From Staphylothermus hellenicus DSM 12710 (lineage in GTDB: Archaea > Thermoproteota > Thermoprotei_A > Sulfolobales > Desulfurococcaceae): a stretch of 32,000 bases of DNA. A model generated the notes under the pieces. The model searched no databases, was not told where the DNA came from, and was given only the letters and a program-made list of their open reading frames with translations. The translations under genes were made by a program, and so were the position numbers. The stretch covers positions 1,290,001-1,322,000 of the forward strand of contig NC_014205.1 of assembly GCF_000092465.1 (NCBI RefSeq). Reading direction: 5' to 3'. Positions 26,705 through 32,000 of the stretch are shown piece after piece. The first letter of the stretch is position 1, and each line of letters starts with the position of its first letter.

Positions 26705-27595
26705 CTATGATAGCTCTGTTACGCCCCATATTCTTATTCTTGCTTCTCTATCTTTTGCCACTCCTAGTAGGACTGGTAACATTTCTTCGCCGCCCTTGAT
26801 TTCTCTAACTCTTTTAATTACGCCGTATACTGCGATAATTTTTCCATCAGGTGTTAGTGAAACATATATTTCGGTATTGTCTGCTCTCATACTTATTAGG
26901 ACCAGCTTATAGTTCTTAGCTTGTTCAAGTATGGGTTCTACTATTGTTTTTCTGAATTCTTCGATATTGCTGGGCACTTGTGTTATAATTCTTTTTATAA
27001 GAGTTGCTTTTAACAAAGTATTAGCTAAGTATATTGGATCAGTCAATTTTGCTATTATCTCTTGCGTTATATACGTGCTAGGCCTGCTTTCCTCTACCCT
27101 CTCCACTCCCATCTCAGCAACAGCTGGCTTAGGCGGCTTTTCTTCTTCCATAGGAACAGTTTCTTTTAATGCTTCTTTCCTCACTCCAATTTTTCTCATA
27201 GTTCTAACATAGGCTACAATAGAGTCTTCAATGAATTTCACAAATTTTTTACAGAGTTTTTCAATATCTGATCTACAAGTTGTAACTATTTCTATCCGAG
27301 TATATGGAAACCTCTCCGCTAATCTTATAGATACGTCAATGTCCAATGTTTCGCCTACCGCAGTAATTACAACTGATCTTTCAGAAGTCCTCCTAGAATT
27401 AATAATTAATTTTTCACTTATTGTTCTGAAAAAACTTCTAAAAATAAACTCTACAACATATCCCTTCGGCGTTTTTTCAACAATCCTAGCATCCTTAATG
27501 CTTTTTATTAACGCCTCAATATCTGACAATAAATTAATAATATCTTCTATTTTAAGCGAGCTATCAAAAACTTTTGTACTACTAATTATCGGCAA
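26705..27595 (-). CDS. hypothetical protein (296 aa)
   Basis: Clean ORF. TTG start is preceded by GGAGGGT. The central region is Glu/Pro/Lys-rich (EEEKPPKPAVAE). No family recognised. Confidence 0.55.
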   Translation of the reverse strand: MPIISSTKVFDSSLKIEDIINLLSDIEALIKSIKDARIVEKTPKGYVVEFIFRSFFRTISEKLIINSRRTSERSVVITAVGETLDIDVSIRLAERFPYTRIEIVTTCRSDIEKLCKKFVKFIEDSIVAYVRTMRKIGVRKEALKETVPMEEEKPPKPAVAEMGVERVEESRPSTYITQEIIAKLTDPIYLANTLLKATLIKRIITQVPSNIEEFRKTIVEPILEQAKNYKLVLISMRADNTEIYVSLTPDGKIIAVYGVIKRVREIKGGEEMLPVLLGVAKDREARIRIWGVTELS

Positions 27596-27801
27596 TTTTT
27601 ACCCTCCACACGTAAATAAAAATGCTTCCTAAATATTATTAGGTATTTTCAAAATAATATATAATTGTCTGAAGATACCCCGATGAAGAATGAACCCGGG
27701 TAATAACTACTGAACATTTATAGATGTAGACAAGGCCCGCATGAGAGGGCAGAAAAGTTTAAGTATTTCAGATTATATCTTTCTGTATCGGATGATGTTT
27801 T

Positions 27802-28440
27802 GTGTTGGATAGGTTGTTGCCTCCTAGGGAGGCTTGTCGTAGGCTTGGTATTAGCTTTATCACTTTGAAGAGATGAATTTATTCTGGTAAGATACGTGCT
27901 GTCAAGACACCTACTGGTAGGTGGATGATCCCTGAGAGCGAGGTAGAGCGAATTATTGGTGGAAGTGGAGGGCAAGGAGAGGTTAGAGCACTGGTTTATG
28001 CTCGTGTATCAAGTAGTGATCAGAGAAAGGATTTGGAGAAGCAAATAAGTGAACTCATGAAATACTGTTCTGCCAGGGGTTATCGGGTTGTTGATGTTGT
28101 AAGTGATATAGGTAGTGGATTAAAAACTAATCGTAGAGGTTTACTCAAGCTCTTCAAATATGTAGTGGACAGAAAAGTAGACAAGGTAGTTATCACCTAT
28201 AGGGATAGGCTCACCAGATTCGGGTATGAATACCTAGAATACTTCTTTAAAAAATTCAATGTAGATATTGAAGCTATCTATGGCGATGAGCCTAGGGATG
28301 CTAGGCAAGAACTCGTAGAAGACCTCACAGCAATCGTAACATCATTTGCTGGAAAATTATATGGAATGAGGAGCCATAAGAAAAAGAAGCTTGTCCAAGG
28401 ATTCAAACAACTCCTAGAAGAGGTTGAGAGGAATGGTTAG
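27802..28440 (+). pseudogene. tnpA: IS607-type serine recombinase TnpA (MerR-like HTH + resolvase catalytic domain) with an in-frame TGA
   Basis: Catalytic 'ALVYARVSSSDQRKDLEKQ' (Ser nucleophile) and 'VVITYRDRLTRFGYEYLE'. Upstream, the same frame encodes the HTH 'LLPPREACRRLGISFITLKR*IYSGKIRAVKTPTGRWMIPESEVERI'. The stop at 27874-27876 (TGA) sits where a Trp (TGG) is expected. Confidence 0.8.
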
Positions 28441-29642
28441 AGTTACTAGAACAGTTGTGGTTGAATCTACAAGGGTTCCAAGAAAGTTGTTTAGGGTTTT
28501 GGTTGAGGTTGAAGGTATGTATCGCAACATGGTTGAGCAATTAACAATACATGCTGTTAGGAATGGGGCCTCAAGCTTTACAAGGCTTAAAGCACTAAGG
28601 TATCGTGAGCTTAGAAAGCTTTACCCAAAACTACCATCACACTACGCATATACAGCGTGTCAGGACTCCTCAACAAGGGCTAAAAGCTTCCTAAGGTTGA
28701 AGAAGCTTGGATGGGTAAAAAGTGGTTATCCTAGGGTTGAGAGGATATCGATATGGCTCGACGACCACTTGTGGAGACTGGACGGGTATACATCTATTAG
28801 GATAGCAACGCATAGGGGTTGGATAAGGATTGAGTTTGAGCCACACAAACTATACTGGAAATATATTAATAGTGGGTGGAAGCCTGCATCAGAGGCAAAA
28901 ATAAAGCTTGACAAACGTAATAGAAAGATCATAATATATCTAGTACTGGTTAAAGATGTTGAACCATATAAGCCTAAGGGATATATACCAGTAGATGTCA
29001 ATGAGAACAATGTAGCAATGCTAGTTGACGGTAAACCCATCCTGCTCGAAACAGATATGAAGAAGATCACTCTGGGCTACTATTATCGGAGGAAGAGGGT
29101 TCAGGAAAAATATGATAAAACCTATGGTGTAAAATCTAGGACTAAGAGGAAGGTACTGAGGAGACTTAGAGAGAAGAAAAAGAAGCACAGTATTAGGTGG
29201 AAGACAGCAAACATTATCGTGAGGGAAGCCCTTAGGAGAGGTTATGGCATAGCTCTTGAACAACTAGGTAGAAGATCAGCAAACAATATGATTAAGAAGA
29301 TAAGAGATAAACAGTTACGGCACAGGATCTTCCAAGCATCTTTTAGGAGTATCCAGAAGGCTATTGCCGAGAAGGCGCGTGAATATGGTGTTCCAGTAAT
29401 ATATGTTGATCCTAGGAATACTTCGAAAACAATGCCCAATACATAAATCACCAATAATATATAGTAATGGGTCCAGGATTGGGAGATGCAGTACCGGTGG
29501 AGAGCTCTGGCACAGAGACATAGTTGCATGCTATAATATTCTCTCACGCACCCTAGGGGTTGATGGGAGCTATGCTCCGAGACCCATGGGGGTTTACTGT
29601 AGATGGGAGGCCCGTGCCGTTGGCCTCGACAGCCACCCATGA
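28433..29642 (+). pseudogene. tnpB: TnpB (OrfB, RuvC-like RNA-guided nuclease family) with a 1-nt frameshift near 29427
   Basis: RuvC-like D/E/D contexts 'IPVDVNENN', 'IALEQLG' and 'WHRDIVACYNI'. The frame breaks at 'act tcg aaa aca A tgc cca', giving ...YVDPRNTSKT then *. The continuation CPIHKSPIIYSNGSRIGRCSTGGELWHRDIVACYNILSR lies in the +1 frame (ORF 29403-29642). Confidence 0.85.
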
Positions 29643-29737
29643 CCCCATAATCCTCTATCGAGGACTATGGGAGAGGTGAAAGTCCCTACCACAAACAAAT
29701 ACACGAATATACAAAATGATACAGTAGGGACAAACGG
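29550..29737 (+). ncRNA. omega-RNA (reRNA)-like scaffold overlapping the tnpB 3' end and the IS right end
   Basis: The position (tnpB 3' end to right end) matches that of known TnpB guide-RNA scaffolds. It is a G+C-rich block in an AT-rich genome. It contains the hairpins GGAGC-tat-GCTCC, GAGGCC-n-GGCCTC, CCCAT...ATGGG, and helix 29645-29655/29660-29670, which shows compensatory changes relative to the MITE copy. Confidence 0.6.
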
Positions 29738-29740
29738 TAG

Positions 29741-30313
29741 CTATATTATCTCTTTCCATAATTGTCTCATTCTTTTCCTTTTCTCGAGAAATGTTTCTCT
29801 CTCAATATATCTATACACTGTGCTGTGCCTCCTTCCCTCAATTAATAATTCAATAGCTGTTTTCGCGATATTGGCTGATTCAAAGTCACCTATTATTGCA
29901 ACATAGTTTTTATATATTGAAACATATGTTCCAGTCATTTCCTCAATAATCTTGCGTGCTTTTCCTCCTTCACCAATGATTCTGCCCTTGACTCTTTGTA
30001 GATGATTAGGTTTGTCTCCCACATATTGTTTTAAATCAATAATCAACAAGACCTGGTCCTCGTCAAGCAGCCTAAAAGCTCTTTCAGGGCTGAAGCCATA
30101 TGCAATTGCTCTAACAACATCTCTAGCCTTCATTAATTCTAATGCTGTAGTTGTAGGAGATGCTGGCTCTATAATGACTGTTCCCGTCGTGGAATCTATT
30201 GTGATAATTGTCCTAGTTCTACGCATTAACTCCTCCTTAATCTTGCCTTCATGCCCTATCAAAACACCTATTCTATCAGGTGGAACTTTCTCATAAAGCC
30301 TCGTAACACCCAT
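29741..30313 (-). CDS. KH-domain RNA-binding protein (archaeal Dim2/Pno1-like)
   Basis: 'VPPDRIGVLIGHEGKIKEEL' and 'RVKGRIIGEGGKARKIIEEMTG' are two KH GXXG motifs. The gene is last in the aIF1A-Rio1-KH operon. ATG 30313 lies 2 nt after the Rio1 stop, whereas the ORF track uses GTG 30343. Confidence 0.85.
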   Translation of the reverse strand: MGVTRLYEKVPPDRIGVLIGHEGKIKEELMRRTRTIITIDSTTGTVIIEPASPTTTALELMKARDVVRAIAYGFSPERAFRLLDEDQVLLIIDLKQYVGDKPNHLQRVKGRIIGEGGKARKIIEEMTGTYVSIYKNYVAIIGDFESANIAKTAIELLIEGRRHSTVYRYIERETFLEKRKRMRQLWKEII

Positions 30314-30315
30314 TG

Positions 30316-31125
30316 TTAGCCTTCCCTTTTGCTCCTCAGACACTTCTTAATCACCCCTATTATCTCATCTACATTTTCTATATCATTTAATCCTGCTTCC
30401 TCTCTAAAGAATCTGTTTATATTCTTAATGTCTCTAATAAGAAATTCCAAAGAGTTGGGATGATCTATATGAACAGCCTGGCTAACATCTATTATGATAA
30501 TATCAGGTCCAGGTTTAACCATAACATTATACTCTGATAGATCACCATGAACTAGGTTCGCCTTACACACAATCTTGAATAGTTCTTCCAGTATGTACTC
30601 ATATACTTTCTTGAGCTCATCAATACTTAGATGAGAGTAGACTTCTACTAGAAGAGGAAATCTTCTATTATTTTCCCCCATAAACTCCATTACTAATACA
30701 TTATTTTTAAACGTTATCGGCCTAGGTACTTTGACTCCTATATTATACATTCTTTTAAGATTACGGAACTCTTTACGCGTCCAAGCATATATTATATCTC
30801 TAGTATCTCCCGGCTTAAAATCCTCAAATCTTGGATCACCAATAATATATTTTAGCATTCCTTTTTTGAATACCGCTGAACTAGTCAAATATATTTTTAT
30901 AGCTAAAGGCTCATTTTTCCATCCAAAACCAAGATATACACGTGCTTCTTTACCAGCGCTTATAACCCCGTTCATTCTACGTATAATTCTCTTTCTCATA
31001 AGGTATAAAATTGTCATAACGGTTTTTGTATCAAAAACCTCCTCAACTGTTTCAAATAAGTCTTTATCCTTGTATCTTTTAAGATCCCTACGTTTAATAA
31101 TGGGTTCAAAATCTTCATCAATCAT
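30316..31125 (-). CDS. rio1: RIO-type serine/threonine protein kinase (Rio1)
   Basis: 'VISAGKEARVYLG' (ATP-binding loop/Lys), 'LVHGDLSEYNVMV' (catalytic loop) and 'IIDVSQAV' (metal-binding loop). At 269 aa with no N-terminal wHTH it is Rio1-type. The start overlaps the aIF1A stop (ATGA). Confidence 0.92.
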   Translation of the reverse strand: MIDEDFEPIIKRRDLKRYKDKDLFETVEEVFDTKTVMTILYLMRKRIIRRMNGVISAGKEARVYLGFGWKNEPLAIKIYLTSSAVFKKGMLKYIIGDPRFEDFKPGDTRDIIYAWTRKEFRNLKRMYNIGVKVPRPITFKNNVLVMEFMGENNRRFPLLVEVYSHLSIDELKKVYEYILEELFKIVCKANLVHGDLSEYNVMVKPGPDIIIIDVSQAVHIDHPNSLEFLIRDIKNINRFFREEAGLNDIENVDEIIGVIKKCLRSKREG

Positions 31126-31457
31126 ATATACTCACTTAGCGCGTCTAAGAACTCTCTAGGAATCACACCTCTCTCTACAAGCTTTGCTACTTCGTTCCTA
31201 CGATACCTATATATAACCTCCCCTCTCTCAGGAGAGAAATCCCATATAGCTACAAGAACTATGTCTCCTTCATTCATCCACACCCTTCTCCTCATTTTAC
31301 CTGGAATACGCACTTTACGATCCATGCCATCCATACATTTAACAATCATATAATCGCCGCCTAGATGACGTATTATGCCGCAAATAACTGTTCCCTCAGT
31401 TGGTAGAGGAGGCTCCTTACTTGTTTCTTCGTATCTTTTTCTTTTCTTCCTAGGCAT
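31122..31457 (-). CDS. eif1a: translation initiation factor 1A (aIF1A)
   Basis: 'MPRKKRKR...EGTVICGIIRHLGGDYMIVKCMDGMDRKVRIPGKMRRRVWMNEGDIVLVAIWDF' is the S1-like OB fold of eIF1A. ATG 31457 is preferred over the ORF-track GTG 31466. Confidence 0.93.
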   Translation of the reverse strand: MPRKKRKRYEETSKEPPLPTEGTVICGIIRHLGGDYMIVKCMDGMDRKVRIPGKMRRRVWMNEGDIVLVAIWDFSPERGEVIYRYRRNEVAKLVERGVIPREFLDALSEYI

Positions 31458-32000
31458 TATTATCACCTAATTCACTATTCTTAATCATGTAGACTTTATC
31501 TCTTACTCTAACAGCTCGGACTTTATCGCCTACAGATATATTGGCTAAGGTTTTTGTTCTTGGATAATCTATTATATTACCTGTCTCCTCATCTAATAGG
31601 TAAATAGTAGTCTTATCTTCTGCGATTACACTATATGTTTCACTATATACTAAATCCTCCGCTTTCTTAAGGTCTCCCCTCCAATATTTTTCAAACCTTA
31701 TATTCTCTATTCTTCCATCATCTAAGAACTCTGTTTTTATTCCATGCGGACTTACATCTATAACAACACCGGGTCTCCCCTCAAATTCTACTAGATCCCC
31801 CTTCTTGATCGATGGTAAGCGAACAGATAAAGTTGTTATTCCGGACCAGCGCCCCTTATCCGGGTTATATCGTACAGGTTTAAATGATTCAATAATTCTG
31901 GCACCTGTTAATCTATTTAGGATAGTAGATAGCCTCTTAGCTGCTACACTTGTTAAAAACTTAATATCTAAGCCGTATTTGTTCTTCTTTATTTCAACAA
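31450..32000 (-). CDS. 3' part of an uncharacterised protein (5' end outside window)
   Basis: Not in the ORF track because it has no start in the window. The minus-strand frame is open for 182 codons from the window edge (...KFLTSVAAKRLSTILNRLTGARIIESFKPVRYNPDKGRW...GDKVRAVRVRDKVYMIKNSELGDNNA*). Its TAG at 31450-31452 overlaps the aIF1A ATG. Confidence 0.6.
   Translation of the reverse strand, partial: VEIKKNKYGLDIKFLTSVAAKRLSTILNRLTGARIIESFKPVRYNPDKGRWSGITTLSVRLPSIKKGDLVEFEGRPGVVIDVSPHGIKTEFLDDGRIENIRFEKYWRGDLKKAEDLVYSETYSVIAEDKTTIYLLDEETGNIIDYPRTKTLANISVGDKVRAVRVRDKVYMIKNSELGDNNA

Larger units (their letters stand above)
27747..29737 (+). mobile_element. IS607-family insertion sequence (serine-recombinase tnpA + tnpB), both genes carrying lesions
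   Basis: The tnpA (serine recombinase)/tnpB pair with an 8-nt overlap is the IS607-family organisation. Ends were defined by comparison with the MITE copy at 17463-17710: homology starts at 'gggcagaaaag' (27747) and stops at 'gtagggacaaacgg' (29737). No terminal inverted repeats or target duplication are visible. Confidence 0.85.

Noticed and set aside
27718-27975. 85-aa minus-strand ORF across the IS left end
   Set aside because: It runs antisense through the tnpA HTH-coding region and the left-end repeat. No motif is present, and its similarity to the lpd-fragment ORF (YNLEYLNFSA) comes from the repeated left end.
1-32000. CRISPR arrays, rRNA genes, integrase-flanked islands, toxin-antitoxin or other defence modules
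   Set aside because: No regularly spaced direct repeats or rRNA-like sequence were seen, and no recognisable defence-gene motifs. The only repeated DNA found is the pair of IS607-family left and right ends.

Overview
AT-rich, gene-dense archaeal chromosome segment. It most likely comes from a hyperthermophilic crenarchaeon. The basis is a reverse gyrase gene, a short (~185 aa) catalytic-type tRNA-splicing endonuclease subunit, BHB-intron tRNAs including a two-intron tRNA-Trp, and an aIF1A-Rio1-KH operon. A Desulfurococcales/Staphylothermus-like origin is a guess from composition only. Housekeeping content: DUF47-like protein, endA, ubiX, two KaiC-like ATPases bracketing cdc48-tmcA, reverse gyrase, aIF5A, tRNA-Val, tRNA-Trp, and aIF1A/Rio1/KH. 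There is also a glycine-cleavage/one-carbon cluster (lpd, gcvPB, gcvPA, gcvT, NAD-kinase-like gene, glyA, gcvH). The most interesting material is mobile-element and RNA biology. (1) A full-length IS607-family element (serine-recombinase tnpA plus tnpB) lies at ~27747-29737. Both of its genes carry single lesions, and its G+C-rich right end looks like a TnpB omega-RNA scaffold. (2) A ~248-bp MITE-like derivative at ~17463-17710 keeps only the left end and the omega-RNA-like right end. It differs from the full copy by compensatory substitutions in a helix, and it is inserted in the glycine-cleavage L-protein gene (lpd). (3) lpd also carries two frameshifts, both at the same GAAAAAUA motif, and a one-base back-slip repairs each. 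(4) tRNA-Trp(CCA) has two introns with textbook bulge-helix-bulge motifs, one at the non-canonical 30/31 position. (5) The endA N-terminal domain is in frame but has no canonical start codon. (6) A carbon-nitrogen-hydrolase homolog that has lost its catalytic Glu and Cys sits just downstream of reverse gyrase. (7) A 720-bp ORF-free gap contains a G+C-rich structured island. No CRISPR array or rRNA was seen.
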